DNA from: a virus
Reading direction: 5' to 3' (one strand)
Length of the DNA: 64,000 nt
IMG/VR virus record: IMGVR_UViG_3300036832_001373
Location: 83,530 to 147,529 of that record
Shown here: in pieces, positions 41,634 to 51,769 of the stretch
Numbering within the stretch: the first letter of the stretch is position 1
Layout: the number at the start of each line of letters is the position of its first letter
The notes under the pieces: generated by a model
What the model was told of the DNA's origin: nothing
What the model saw: only the letters and a program-made list of their open reading frames with translations
Database searches by the model: none
Made by a program: the position numbers and the translations under genes

Positions 41634-43333
41634 GCTACTAGCCTTAATTTAGCTTCGTTCTCTTTCTCAACGAAACGTTCGAACCCACTAGGATGTCGAA
41701 GAGCTTCAGCTAGTCTAGCTAGACCAGGACGTAGATAGTTAAACCTTGGATCTTTAGAAGACGTGAGAGTTATATAATCTGCATCGGCAGCTAGTGGAGA
41801 AGCACCTCCTGCTCCTCCAGACATAAATAACTGCGCTACAGTTTTTGGCATCCCTAAGGTTTGGAGTATATTTGAGTACAAATTTGGAGGAAGTGGAGCC
41901 GGAAGCTCCTGACCTTGAGGAGTGATCTGTGGAGGAAGAGTCTCTTTCAGTCCTTGTATCAACACAGTAGCTGTATCTGCTATAAGCTTATAATTTTCAA
42001 TCATAGTCACAGCAATTTGAGTTGGTCTTTGTAAAGCTACTGTAACCTCAAAGGAGCTTAGATCAGCTTTTGCAACATAGACTGCCACTGTCATGCAGAG
42101 TTTGGTAAGTCCCTCAACAAAGGCATTTTGATAGGTAACGAGTTTTCTGGCGAATTTAATATCTTGCTGCTGTAAGGCGGATCCACGGTCAGTAACTTGA
42201 TCGGCGAGAAAGTAACCCTTGGGTAGTCCAGTAACAGATATGGCTTTGTCTCTAAAGTAGGCGACATCCTCGACACTTGAAAGATCCACAGTGGAGGACA
42301 ACTTATCCGCTTCAAAGCCTTTGTCTGACGGCATGAATAGTATGTCCGTGAGACCCGGAGTTTTTCCATAAGTTTTTGTCCCTAAGGAGGTGTCTTTGAA
42401 TATGATATTCTTAAACTGAGCCTTTAGAGACTGAATCTTCTGAGCAGCCTGGACAGGGTTCGTAGAGCCAGTTGGGATTTTAATCACAAGTCGTTCAACT
42501 CGAGAGGCACGGGAGAGAGCTAGGAGAGCCTCGAGAGTAACGAGATGGTCAAAGTCTATTCTCATGCCTTCAAGAAGAGAACGGCCATAGGGCTTCATAT
42601 CCTGATCGTAAACTGACATTTGTACAAATTCCCAAGGCTGTAGCGCTTTTCTGCGGGCAACTCCAGTCTGAGGAGCTCTAATCCAACGGTTGAATTTTTC
42701 ATCAATTTTATAGCCTATACATATTTTACGTTCTTTAGCTACAATACATTCCCAAAGAAGAGGATCGATATAGTCTAAGCCTATATCTGGAACATCTTTA
42801 TCTACATTAGGAATAATGATCTTAACTCCAAGATCACCATACTTAATTAGATTTCTAACAAACGATCGACTTCGTTTTAAAACGTCATTGGTTTGGAGAA
42901 CTTCCATTACCTGATTTCCAACACCTTTGTCATTGAAAGTAATTTTTATAGGCTCGTCTATAAATCCAACTGCCAAACACTCATCAGAGTATGTATCTAG
43001 GCTGATGCAAGCTTCGGCCATAGCTTCGTCCATGATTTTATATGTCTGGACTCGACGATTCCTTTCATGTTCAGTACGAGTTTTATTAACAGATTCATCT
43101 AGCCAATGATCTATAAATTGGAGCCTTATCTCACTTGTTCCTAAGTCAACATTTGGAGGAAGAGCAACATAGGTTCCATCGTCTGTTTGAGTGACTTGTA
43201 GATTCATCCTTGCTGCAAAATCAGAAATTCGATCTGGAGACAAAGTTACAGTCTCGAAGAGATGTTCGCCAGGTTCACGAGAACTAGGTTGACTATCTCT
43301 GATACTATTATAAATATTATCGTACCAAGGCAT
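41630..43333 (-). CDS. Portal protein (T4 gp20-like)
   Basis: R-x-LIKYGD, PYGRSLLE, R-x-SR-x-ER, D-x-FMP, VEDVAYFRDK...GLPKGYF, QQDIKFAR. Confidence 0.9.
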   Translation of the reverse strand: MPWYDNIYNSIRDSQPSSREPGEHLFETVTLSPDRISDFAARMNLQVTQTDDGTYVALPPNVDLGTSEIRLQFIDHWLDESVNKTRTEHERNRRVQTYKIMDEAMAEACISLDTYSDECLAVGFIDEPIKITFNDKGVGNQVMEVLQTNDVLKRSRSFVRNLIKYGDLGVKIIIPNVDKDVPDIGLDYIDPLLWECIVAKERKICIGYKIDEKFNRWIRAPQTGVARRKALQPWEFVQMSVYDQDMKPYGRSLLEGMRIDFDHLVTLEALLALSRASRVERLVIKIPTGSTNPVQAAQKIQSLKAQFKNIIFKDTSLGTKTYGKTPGLTDILFMPSDKGFEADKLSSTVDLSSVEDVAYFRDKAISVTGLPKGYFLADQVTDRGSALQQQDIKFARKLVTYQNAFVEGLTKLCMTVAVYVAKADLSSFEVTVALQRPTQIAVTMIENYKLIADTATVLIQGLKETLPPQITPQGQELPAPLPPNLYSNILQTLGMPKTVAQLFMSGGAGGASPLAADADYITLTSSKDPRFNYLRPGLARLAEALRHPSGFERFVEKENEAKLRLVA

Positions 43334-43334
43334 C

Positions 43335-43820
43335 CTAGACTACCCTTCTTTTAGAGAAATCACGGTCGCTTATCACCCATTCAAATTTGATTCCAGAATT
43401 TTGGTCGACGCATCTGATATTAGCTTCTGATTCAGAAACTAGAGCAGCTACTGCATAAATTTTACTTTGATCTTGTTGAACTCCTTCAAAAGTTAAAATT
43501 TTTGCATTAATAGTACTGGCAATTTGAAAGTCTGAAAACTCTGATAAATATATTCTACTAGAGAGGAATATCAAAGTTGGTATTTCAATTCTTGGCTCTT
43601 TAGTTTCAACATCAGAATTTATAGCTGGATCTCCAATAACTTTTACGTATATACGATACTGGTTACGGCTCTCTTTTTTATGGGAAAGTATTTTAACTAT
43701 ATCTCCTCTTGAAAAGGGTTTATCTCCAATTATCTTAAAAGAGTGGGTACTAAAACCATACTCGTATGAATGTTCATCATTGTTTTTGTTACTGGAGTAA
43801 ATTAAAAAAGCGTAGTTCAT
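43335..43820 (-). CDS. Hypothetical protein
   Basis: Operonic ORF. Confidence 0.5.
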   Translation of the reverse strand: MNYAFLIYSSNKNNDEHSYEYGFSTHSFKIIGDKPFSRGDIVKILSHKKESRNQYRIYVKVIGDPAINSDVETKEPRIEIPTLIFLSSRIYLSEFSDFQIASTINAKILTFEGVQQDQSKIYAVAALVSESEANIRCVDQNSGIKFEWVISDRDFSKRRVV

Positions 43821-43832
43821 TTAATTATCATT

Positions 43833-44945
43833 TTAGACTCTTGTAGTAACTCTAATACGTACTATACTTGGACTCTCAGTCCAATACTCAAAAAGAGCAG
43901 CAGAGTTTGAAGTAAATGACGTAGTCTGTACGGTAGTGGTAATCTGATTAAATTGAGTAGGCCAACTAACTGTTCTGGAAGCACCGCCTGTCTGAGTTTG
44001 ACAGTATATAGTAACAAATCCTTGTTGTCCAGGTTTTATATTAGTAGGATTAATAGTTATCGTAGTTGAAGTTGATGTACTAGGAATAGTCCAAATCCCA
44101 TTGACAAATAAGTTAAAATCCCAAGTACCTCCAGTTTGTGAGAACGGAATCGCAATAGGAGCCTGAGAAGTTCCTCCTAGAGCACTAGCCGGAACTAGTT
44201 TACCAGGAGTACCGTTGATAATATCAGCAGAAGTAGCTATCATAGAAGGGTCAATGTAAGAATAGACAATAGAATTTAGTACAGCTACAGTTCCTAATTG
44301 TAGGTTAGATCTAGCGGTAGATTTATTCGATAGTTCACTAAGATTGTTATTAGCGCTTAGAAGACCTGCGACATCAGCAGTAGCAGCACTTCCGAGTCCT
44401 AAATTATTCCTAGCTGTAGTAGCACTTTGTAGATCTGACAAATTATTAGCAGCTAGTAGTCCAGGAGTGCGAGTTACTACGGTCCAACCGCTGACACCGT
44501 CAGACTCAACAATTACAGAAGCGTATCTAGAACTTAGAAGCACCGGAGAACGAACGCCGTTAAGGGTATCCGTTCCAACTGGATTGACAGCTAGAAGATA
44601 TGTTCCTATGGCACCAGCTAGATCAACTATACGTTTCCGTGTACCTTTAGGTGAGGCACCAGCAACAGATAAATTCCAAGTCCTTGACGACGTAAATGGA
44701 GTACTAGTAACTAATTCAAAATCTGAAGTCAACATTGAGTGATCAGAGTCTCCAACACTAGTGATTTGGTCTGTACCTATCCTGGATTTCATATAAGTGG
44801 TCAGGTCTCCTAGTGTACCTCCATAAGTTAGCCATGGACTAATTGGATGTCCAGTACCATCAAACGAACCATATCCTAGTCCAAATTTGTCAGTGTCTAG
44901 ATATGGAACTCTAGCCGTGTTGAATTGTTCAATTGTTTTAGACAT
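43833..44945 (-). CDS. Tail fibre-like protein
   Basis: Two NNLS(D/E)L...ARxNLxLG fibre repeats; beta-rich tip. Confidence 0.7.
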   Translation of the reverse strand: MSKTIEQFNTARVPYLDTDKFGLGYGSFDGTGHPISPWLTYGGTLGDLTTYMKSRIGTDQITSVGDSDHSMLTSDFELVTSTPFTSSRTWNLSVAGASPKGTRKRIVDLAGAIGTYLLAVNPVGTDTLNGVRSPVLLSSRYASVIVESDGVSGWTVVTRTPGLLAANNLSDLQSATTARNNLGLGSAATADVAGLLSANNNLSELSNKSTARSNLQLGTVAVLNSIVYSYIDPSMIATSADIINGTPGKLVPASALGGTSQAPIAIPFSQTGGTWDFNLFVNGIWTIPSTSTSTTITINPTNIKPGQQGFVTIYCQTQTGGASRTVSWPTQFNQITTTVQTTSFTSNSAALFEYWTESPSIVRIRVTTRV

Positions 44946-45385
44946 TATATTATACCCATAGTTAGAGTACCCTGTTGAAACTGTAGGGTATCATTGTTTT
45001 GTATCGTACGAGCACTTTCAAGGGGACCCATAGACCAACAATGTCCTAGTGTAAGTCCATCGAATACTAGTCCGTAAATAACACTGCCCCAGTCACCACC
45101 ATTAGCAGTAAAATTTATAGGGTTAAAATTGGTGCATTGTCCTGGATTACTTGAAGCTGGATTAAACGTAATACTCTGTCTAGAGTACCCATTCCCTACA
45201 GGTTCAGTAATACCACCACCAGAAGTAGTTGGTACAGTTGATGACAGTCCCATAAACCAAGCTGTAGGCCTTAAGTTTAGACCGCTCATTGGAGCAGTGG
45301 TGAATGCCCAATTTAACATAGCAAGTTGAGCATAGTTGGTAAGTTGATTTATCGATCCTGTTGCGAATGTTGTAACTCCTGGCAT
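44945..45385 (-). CDS. Phage fibre-associated structural protein
   Basis: GYSRQSITF...N...I-x-F...WG...FD...G...DTLQF pattern common in phage structural proteins. Confidence 0.6.
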   Translation of the reverse strand: MPGVTTFATGSINQLTNYAQLAMLNWAFTTAPMSGLNLRPTAWFMGLSSTVPTTSGGGITEPVGNGYSRQSITFNPASSNPGQCTNFNPINFTANGGDWGSVIYGLVFDGLTLGHCWSMGPLESARTIQNNDTLQFQQGTLTMGII

Positions 45386-45581
45386 TTAGTCTTCTCCTGC
45401 TATATTTTTATCACACTTAGGTCGTCTGGACCAGGGAAGTTTATTGGAGTAACTACTATATCTTCAGTGTCTATAATTATAGGTATAATTTCAATAGTGT
45501 CGCTGACAAAATTTTTTAGATCAATCTCTATGGTATCATAATCGAATATAATAGAGTTAGGAAAAGTCACAAAATATATCC

Positions 45582-45944
45582 TTATGAATAAGGGTTAATA
45601 ACAGGAGGATCTAGTGGTACTACACCAGGATAATTTTCTAAGAAAAATTTTAGAATTGGTCTAACTGGAGTTGGCGAAGCTCTTAGTACTTCAAAAACTA
45701 ACCTACCTGCTCCTAGGTATAGAGTATCGTACTTAGAAAGAGTTATAGTTAAGGTACTGGGATCAGTGCCAACCGTCATTTGGTAAGTTAAATCTAAATT
45801 AATCCCTGGAAGATTAGTCCGTTGGACTCTACCTTGAAGAGTCCAAGAATCTATTGGAATAGGAGTAGCTGGACTGCCTGACATAAATTGAAAGGTTGTA
45901 GACCAGTCAGCATTAGTTTGACAACGTTGAGCTTCATATAGCAT
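45582..45944 (-). CDS. Ig-like / BppU-like structural protein
   Basis: PIDSWTLQGRV...LTITLSKYDT pattern. Confidence 0.45.
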   Translation of the reverse strand: MLYEAQRCQTNADWSTTFQFMSGSPATPIPIDSWTLQGRVQRTNLPGINLDLTYQMTVGTDPSTLTITLSKYDTLYLGAGRLVFEVLRASPTPVRPILKFFLENYPGVVPLDPPVINPYS

Positions 45945-45950
45945 TTTGAA

Positions 45951-46595
45951 TCAACTCTTTTTAGGTTTTACTTTTCCTCCAACTCCAGTTGGTATTTTTC
46001 TTATTGTAACTCCTGGAGGAGGCTCTGTAAGACGACCCCCTTGGAGCTGAGGTGCAAGTTGTTTGGGTTCTTCAGGATGAACCCTAACAGGATTTACAAC
46101 ACCTAAAGACTTAAATCCTTCTTTAGGACCATAAAGTCTAATACTATCCTGAGTACCTAGACTATAAGGCGAATGTTTACTAGTGGTAAATCTATTTTTA
46201 CTAGCGTTATAGCCTGCGGTAACTGTTGATTGACGTGGATTCTCTTCTCGCCATAAGTAGTAATGGTGACCATTGTACTCATGTACTGTTACCCTAGTAT
46301 TCCCACCTGCCTTTAAACTTCCTCTAGCAGCAAAAGTTCTATCACCAGGTTGTGCTTTTTCTGGTTCATGTAGCTCATACTCTTGGCTAGCACGTGGAGT
46401 ATGTGGAGAGGGAATTGAGAAACCTCCGCCTCCGTGAAGAGCTACTTCTTTACCTTGGGTTTTAAGAATTGGCCAAACTTCTTTCTGGCTTGGATCTACC
46501 CAATGATCAGCCATGTGTCCATTTTGAGCAGCTATTCTCTGGACCTGATGGTCATTATAACCTTCAGCTAGAAGTATGTCATTCACGTGGGACAT
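45951..46595 (-). CDS. Putative head internal protein (leader MSHVNDILLAE)
   Basis: Leader; basic, His-rich body. Confidence 0.5.
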   Translation of the reverse strand: MSHVNDILLAEGYNDHQVQRIAAQNGHMADHWVDPSQKEVWPILKTQGKEVALHGGGGFSIPSPHTPRASQEYELHEPEKAQPGDRTFAARGSLKAGGNTRVTVHEYNGHHYYLWREENPRQSTVTAGYNASKNRFTTSKHSPYSLGTQDSIRLYGPKEGFKSLGVVNPVRVHPEEPKQLAPQLQGGRLTEPPPGVTIRKIPTGVGGKVKPKKS

Positions 46596-47269
46596 TAGGT
46601 CCTCGATCTGAATGTTAGATGTGACGAAGCACCATTCAGGATATCCCTGATACTCTTATCAGCAGTTATGATTAGATAATTTCCATCCATATCGTAAACT
46701 TCTATACTGTTATCTCTAACTTGAATTCTACCGTTATTGTACCTATACTGTTCTGATTCAGAAGTTGGAAATATTACACGACCAGGAGGGATATACCAGC
46801 CTAGGTCTGGCCAAGTTGGATCAATCCCAGTAATATACTCTTCTCTCCCTCTCCCTGTATTGAGTATCCATTGAGAGTTCTTAGGGCACTCATCATATGT
46901 ATCATACGAGTTGTGTACAGTGTAAAGTTCGGTATCTGGATTATAGGAAGCAGCGTGCCAAGTTTTTACACCGCTAGCACCCTCAACTGTCAAAACGTGA
47001 CTTTCAGAACCAAGAGCTCTAAATCTCTGAGGTCCAGTCATTAAATCTGTAGAATCCTTGCCTATCTCATCACGAGTGTGAAAATTTCCAGTCTTAGGAT
47101 CGAGAAAGCCTGTATGATTGTAAAGTTTAGCTCTTTCTGGCTGAAGTTCTGGATACTTCTTTAAGATTGCTAAATGATCTTGACCTCTATTGACAGTATA
47201 GATTTTGCCAGTATCAGGATGTCTGATAGCTGGCTTAACTCTATCTGTAACGTCTTGGCTAACTTCCAT
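46595..47269 (-). CDS. Two-domain protein with PAxRHPxTGK domain
   Basis: N-terminal domain aligns with ORFs 39755 and 59993; internal SHVLTVEG resembles the ORF 54628 leader. Confidence 0.6.
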   Translation of the reverse strand: MEVSQDVTDRVKPAIRHPDTGKIYTVNRGQDHLAILKKYPELQPERAKLYNHTGFLDPKTGNFHTRDEIGKDSTDLMTGPQRFRALGSESHVLTVEGASGVKTWHAASYNPDTELYTVHNSYDTYDECPKNSQWILNTGRGREEYITGIDPTWPDLGWYIPPGRVIFPTSESEQYRYNNGRIQVRDNSIEVYDMDGNYLIITADKSIRDILNGASSHLTFRSRT

Positions 47270-47274
47270 GGAAG

Positions 47275-47637
47275 TTATAGGTTAGGTGGAACCTTGACGT
47301 AGTATTTACAAGTCACCGAATTGTCGGCAGGATCCTCATGATAAGTAAAACTAACTAGCTTATAGTGAGAAGCTGCCAGGTGCATCCTAAGCTCATCCAT
47401 AAAGCGTTTATGGTCCGCTCCGTTCGGACAAAGGGATGCAGACGCTGAGGCTGAGGGTCCACTCACTGTCACTATGTGGCTGTTGGGATCCTGACCATTT
47501 GGTTGACAGGAAATCGATGCCCCTCCTCCAGCTACCGCTCTGAAAATTCCTTCTAGGTCTTCGAACTCCTCTGTGATGGGAACGTTTAGAACTTGTTCCT
47601 TTATTACTCTTTTGGCGGGAGTTGATAGTAGATTCAT
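47275..47637 (-). CDS. Hypothetical protein (leader MNLLSTPAKRVIKE)
   Basis: RBS GGAG; leader similar to that of ORF 48439. Confidence 0.55.
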   Translation of the reverse strand: MNLLSTPAKRVIKEQVLNVPITEEFEDLEGIFRAVAGGGASISCQPNGQDPNSHIVTVSGPSASASASLCPNGADHKRFMDELRMHLAASHYKLVSFTYHEDPADNSVTCKYYVKVPPNL

Positions 47638-47639
47638 CT

Positions 47640-48428
47640 TTAGACTCCTCCTGTAAGATTTTGTCCAGAGATACCACTTCTGGGAGTGGGGATGTTAGAA
47701 TTGGAAAGCGCGGGCGACACGTCGCTCGGACTAACTAGGCCTGCCATCGCATTCGGCTGAACGTTCAATGGTGCTGTTTGCGGGACCAAACCTGGTTGTC
47801 CTGGCCCACTATATTTCACCATTTCGATTCCTAAGACCGAAATATTAGAAAAGTTCATCTCAGTAGCAGTACGTACTGCCATTGATTTTGCTTCTTCAGG
47901 AGAGCCAGCTCGGATTGAGAGGTGTTCAGTTTTGAACGAGTCTGACTCTGGAGAATTATACTGGATCTTCACAGAGAAGAGGTACATACCTCCACCTGGA
48001 GCAGCGGTGTCCAAGTCGTCAAATTCGACGAAGATTCTCTTGTGAACACTTTCTCGCATCACCCTTTCAGAGATTTTCATGACTGTGTTTCCTGTAGTTG
48101 TTACTAGTGCGTCGGTGTAGTGAGGAATGTCAACAGCTGGGAATGACACTCCTATCATATTCAGAGCCTTAGTTAGCACTTCAACCGGATTGTCAACGTA
48201 GTACTGTTTTGCTAGTGTTCTAACTAGACTTCCAGAAGATTTATCATAAAGTAGCCTAGCTACTTCATCATGATTCATAGGAGCATTTACGACATCAGTA
48301 CCAGGTTTTTGAGAAGCCATATGAACCGGAAGAGCATCGGCAAAAGCAGTGATTAACTCAAAGTCTCTTCTTGAAAAGTCATCTTGAAGAGTTTTTAGTC
48401 TATCCCAAGGACGCATTGTTGTTACCAT
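47640..48428 (-). CDS. Hypothetical protein
   Basis: 262-aa operonic ORF, RBS GAGGT. Confidence 0.6.
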   Translation of the reverse strand: MVTTMRPWDRLKTLQDDFSRRDFELITAFADALPVHMASQKPGTDVVNAPMNHDEVARLLYDKSSGSLVRTLAKQYYVDNPVEVLTKALNMIGVSFPAVDIPHYTDALVTTTGNTVMKISERVMRESVHKRIFVEFDDLDTAAPGGGMYLFSVKIQYNSPESDSFKTEHLSIRAGSPEEAKSMAVRTATEMNFSNISVLGIEMVKYSGPGQPGLVPQTAPLNVQPNAMAGLVSPSDVSPALSNSNIPTPRSGISGQNLTGGV

Positions 48429-48438
48429 GACGTAACCT

Positions 48439-48660
48439 CTATTGTGCTATTCTGGTTAACTCTTTGACCCGATAACGTCCAGCAGGTCCATTATCTAGAG
48501 CCACTATAACTTCGAAACATCTATCTGGAGGAACGTCTGTGACGGTCCCAGCTAGTTCAGTTCCCTGAACTTTAACTCTATCTCCACGTTTTAGTGGATG
48601 TGGAAGAAACATCCATTTAGTCTCCAACAATCTCTCAGCTGGGGTAATCAAAGAGTTCAC
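48439..48660 (-). CDS. Small SH3/KOW-like protein (leader MNSLITPAERLLE)
   Basis: KRGDRVKV...GTV...V-x-LD pattern. Confidence 0.5.
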   Translation of the reverse strand: MNSLITPAERLLETKWMFLPHPLKRGDRVKVQGTELAGTVTDVPPDRCFEVIVALDNGPAGRYRVKELTRIAQ

Positions 48661-48679
48661 TCTAGTATCCTTGATTTCT

Positions 48680-48707
48680 TAGGGAGACTTAGTCCTAGAA
48701 CGTTGAC
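48680..48707 (+). promoter_or_regulatory. Phage promoter-like motif, copy 4
   Basis: TAGGGAGACTT-AGTCCTA-GAACGTTGAC, then RBS GGAGG and ATG at 48732. Confidence 0.7.
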
Positions 48708-48731
48708 CCTTGTAAACTCGGAGGCAAAACG

Positions 48732-49244
48732 ATGTCAGAAGTAGTAACATATACAATCTATCATGCTTTTGGAGACAAAATAGGATGTACAACAAACTAT
48801 CCACATAGATGCTACCAACAAGGATTCAAAGATGGAGAATTTGAGTCTCTCAAGGAACTAGAATTTGCTAAGAAGACTCTTGATACCGATAAAATAGCTG
48901 AATTCTTAGAAAGAGACTATCAAGCTTTATATGGATATAGTTATGACGATGCTTCTTACAGAAATAATTGGGGTAATAGATCAACTCCAGAAAAGAGAAG
49001 AGAAAGAAGTAGTAAATCAGGTAAGAGAGCAGCAGAACTTGGAAAGTGTGGAATACAAAATTTTACACGAGAACAACAATCAGAATATGGGAAACTAGGA
49101 GGATTTGCGACAGGAGCAGCAGGTAGAGCGTCGATAGCTAGTCCAAACCACAGTACCAAAAAGATTCATACATGTCCTATATGTGGAAGAACAGGAAAAG
49201 TTCCTGGGATTATCCGTCACATCAAAAGTCATACTAAGATTTAG
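48732..49244 (+). CDS. Putative homing endonuclease, family member 6
   Basis: YTIYHAFGDKIGCT..YP.RCYQQGFKDGEFE; GFATGAAGRAS.ASPNH; CPICG. Confidence 0.6.
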   Translation: MSEVVTYTIYHAFGDKIGCTTNYPHRCYQQGFKDGEFESLKELEFAKKTLDTDKIAEFLERDYQALYGYSYDDASYRNNWGNRSTPEKRRERSSKSGKRAAELGKCGIQNFTREQQSEYGKLGGFATGAAGRASIASPNHSTKKIHTCPICGRTGKVPGIIRHIKSHTKI

Positions 49245-49702
49245 TATCCGACGTCACTAGGTTTTCTAGGTTCTGGCTTCAGTTCTCTATGGTCTCCTGA
49301 ATTATTCTTCATATATTGAAGAGCCTCGTCTGGGCTACGAGCGAGGATTGACTTAACTCTACTGTAATAGTCAGCTGGACTCATTCCTTTTTTAGGAAAA
49401 TAATGGTATCTAGTACCGTTTATATTAGAGCTAATTTTATTTCCGTCAAGAGGTTCAAGTTTAAAATCTAGATCTGTAGTGTCTCTTTCATAGAAATCAA
49501 TTTCACCGAGAACTTCTAGGATAGGAGAGTCAACTACGATAGGATCGTAGTCTTCTTTCCCATTAAAATTCTTTGCGCCATAGAAAGCTCCTAGGGCCAT
49601 TTGAATACGTCTTTTCTTAGATTTTCCTCTGAAGCGAGCATCTTTGGAATGTACGAAATCGTGAATATAGGCGGAAGCTCCCATCGAGGGTTTAAGTGGC
49701 AT
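49241..49702 (-). CDS. Basic hypothetical protein (T4-superfamily head-associated type)
   Basis: YIHDF..S....F.GKSK..R.QMAL.A.Y motif, recalled from T4-like phage proteins; internal ILEVLGE site. Confidence 0.5.
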   Translation of the reverse strand: MPLKPSMGASAYIHDFVHSKDARFRGKSKKRRIQMALGAFYGAKNFNGKEDYDPIVVDSPILEVLGEIDFYERDTTDLDFKLEPLDGNKISSNINGTRYHYFPKKGMSPADYYSRVKSILARSPDEALQYMKNNSGDHRELKPEPRKPSDVGY

Positions 49703-49704
49703 AG

Positions 49705-50016
49705 CTATCTTCCAAGTTCTAGTGGACGTAAAGGAGGCAAAGGGACTATAGTAGATTCTTCAGACTGAACCCTAAAGTCTGCACCACCTTTAGGTACAAT
49801 ACAACGTGATAAGATCTCAGTAACGTATTTCTGATAGTCAGCCTGCTGTACAAGCATTGTATTCCGAAAACTAGCTGCTTGGGCTAGCGCATAGAAACAG
49901 AATACCAACAGACCTATTAAAACTACAGTTAGAGCCAATACAGCAGGCTGATCCTTTAGAATTTCTATCATACTTCTGGCAGTCTTACCAGCTTCTTCAA
50001 CAGGACCAGAGTTCAT
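49705..50016 (-). CDS. Single-TM membrane protein, holin/spanin candidate
   Basis: One hydrophobic helix; immediately downstream of the endolysin. Confidence 0.45.
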   Translation of the reverse strand: MNSGPVEEAGKTARSMIEILKDQPAVLALTVVLIGLLVFCFYALAQAASFRNTMLVQQADYQKYVTEILSRCIVPKGGADFRVQSEESTIVPLPPLRPLELGR

Positions 50017-50021
50017 GCTAG

Positions 50022-51764
50022 CTATCCTAAAGTATCTATGTAATCTTGAACTTGTTTGAACATATTGTCAGCATCCTGACGAAGCTCAACCTCTTTACGA
50101 TTAATCGGACCCCAGTGCTGCCTTAGACAGCGGAGTCCTATAGCACAAGTCTCTACAGCAAAAGTGGGTGACCATTTACATATTTCTTGGAAATCGTATC
50201 CATCACCAGAGCCATAAGATTTCCAGTTGGACGAAGAACAAGATACATCTTCTGAGAAGATGGATTGATAGCCTTGAGGAGAGGATACATCGTACTGATC
50301 GAAGAGATTTACGAAATCAGTACAACAGTTAGAGGCGTTCCAGGAGGTTTGGAAAAGACCAGCTTCACATGTATTTGAATCTGTATTGGAGGCAGATTGG
50401 TCTCTACCACAACAATATTGTCCCGAGCTTTCACGCATTCCCAGTCCCATGAGGAGTACGTAAAGATGTCTAAGGGTATCGATTCCTGCTTCATCATTTC
50501 TCATCCCTAGTGATACAAAATTAGAATTATAATAACTAAGAGCATCAATATCGTCATTACCAGTATTTGCCTTAGACATCTCTTTAGCAATTGGATCATT
50601 CGACTTGAACCGTCTACAGGCCTGAGCATAGGCAACTGCCATTCCTTTTACGTATCCATCTGGAGCCTGACCTCTGTCTCTCCAAGAGTAATTAGCGATT
50701 GGATGAGAGGCAGCAATATTAGAAATATGAGATACCTGACTATCTGAGAACAAGGCAGGTAGAGGTGGAGGATACGATGACAGTACAAAATCTTCGTCTA
50801 ACTGAGCCCAAGTACCTGGACCGACCATACCGTCAACACTAAGTCCTTTATCAACTTGGTACTTCTCAACTGCATCTACAGTAGCATCACCATAATCTCC
50901 ATCAACGTCACTGACTTCTAATGCAAACTGCACTTCACGGACGTTGAAGCCATAATCTCCCTTACCAATTGTAGGACGAGGCATCTCGTCTTCTGATTCA
51001 GGTGGAGCCTCTGGCTCTGGAGGCCTTTCTTGGATATTATGATAATCCTGCCCATTAACAGTTACAGGGATATTACTGTCGAGAGTAATCCTAACATAAT
51101 TTTGAGTATCTCTATCGCCACCAACGAGAAGTTTCTGACCATTAAACGTGATAATAACATTTCCATAATGTTTCGAGTCTATAACAACTCTAGATTCTTC
51201 AATCTCAGGTTCAGGAGGTTGTTCGACTGGAGGTTGTTCAGTTGGAGGCTCTTCACCGGAGATAAATTTTGAGATTGCAGCACAAATTTCATCAAATAGT
51301 CGGTGATAGTCATCAGCATCAGCTTTGCTGTCGACAAAGCAAGTTTCGATTAAGAGAGCAGGCTTTTCTGTATTGTTTAGGAAAAAGAGGTCAGTTCTTT
51401 TCTTGCCACCACGATTTGGAAACGTACCAGCAGTAGCTATTGAGGAGGAGAGACCGGAGGCCTTGGAGGATTGTGTAACGTAGAGGACTTCTGTTCCCAT
51501 TGGATTAGACGTGGTATTATAAGCGTTGAAATGAACAGATATGTCAAAATCACGAGACTGAGCATTATGATAGTTAACAATCCTGTTGAGATTTTCGGAT
51601 TGGTCATCTGATATATCGTCGTGAAAAGTTTGAACTTGAACTCCAGAGGATCTGAGCTTGGTAGCAACATTTTCTACTACTTTACGTGCTTCATCTACCT
51701 CATCGAGGTAGCCAGACGCACCTCTTATGTATTTACCGTGTCCGGAAGAGATGACGAGTTTCAT
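50022..51764 (-). CDS. Modular endolysin: Amidase_3, PG-binding domain and lysozyme-like domain
   Basis: ISSGHG...E...SVHFNA...LIETCFVD amidase; DGDYG..T..AV..YQ...LSVDGMVGPGTW PG-binding domain; GMRESSG...AGLFQTS. Confidence 0.85.
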   Translation of the reverse strand: MKLVISSGHGKYIRGASGYLDEVDEARKVVENVATKLRSSGVQVQTFHDDISDDQSENLNRIVNYHNAQSRDFDISVHFNAYNTTSNPMGTEVLYVTQSSKASGLSSSIATAGTFPNRGGKKRTDLFFLNNTEKPALLIETCFVDSKADADDYHRLFDEICAAISKFISGEEPPTEQPPVEQPPEPEIEESRVVIDSKHYGNVIITFNGQKLLVGGDRDTQNYVRITLDSNIPVTVNGQDYHNIQERPPEPEAPPESEDEMPRPTIGKGDYGFNVREVQFALEVSDVDGDYGDATVDAVEKYQVDKGLSVDGMVGPGTWAQLDEDFVLSSYPPPLPALFSDSQVSHISNIAASHPIANYSWRDRGQAPDGYVKGMAVAYAQACRRFKSNDPIAKEMSKANTGNDDIDALSYYNSNFVSLGMRNDEAGIDTLRHLYVLLMGLGMRESSGQYCCGRDQSASNTDSNTCEAGLFQTSWNASNCCTDFVNLFDQYDVSSPQGYQSIFSEDVSCSSSNWKSYGSGDGYDFQEICKWSPTFAVETCAIGLRCLRQHWGPINRKEVELRQDADNMFKQVQDYIDTLG

Positions 51765-51769
51765 TAGAA

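Noticed and set aside
45400-45570. Possible 56-aa acidic Ile-rich ORF (GTG start)
   Set aside because: Fills an operon gap and may be real, but there is no motif or paralog to support a call.
41630-48660. Terminase expected next to the portal
   Set aside because: No ORF with Walker A/B plus a nuclease domain in the window; presumably encoded elsewhere.
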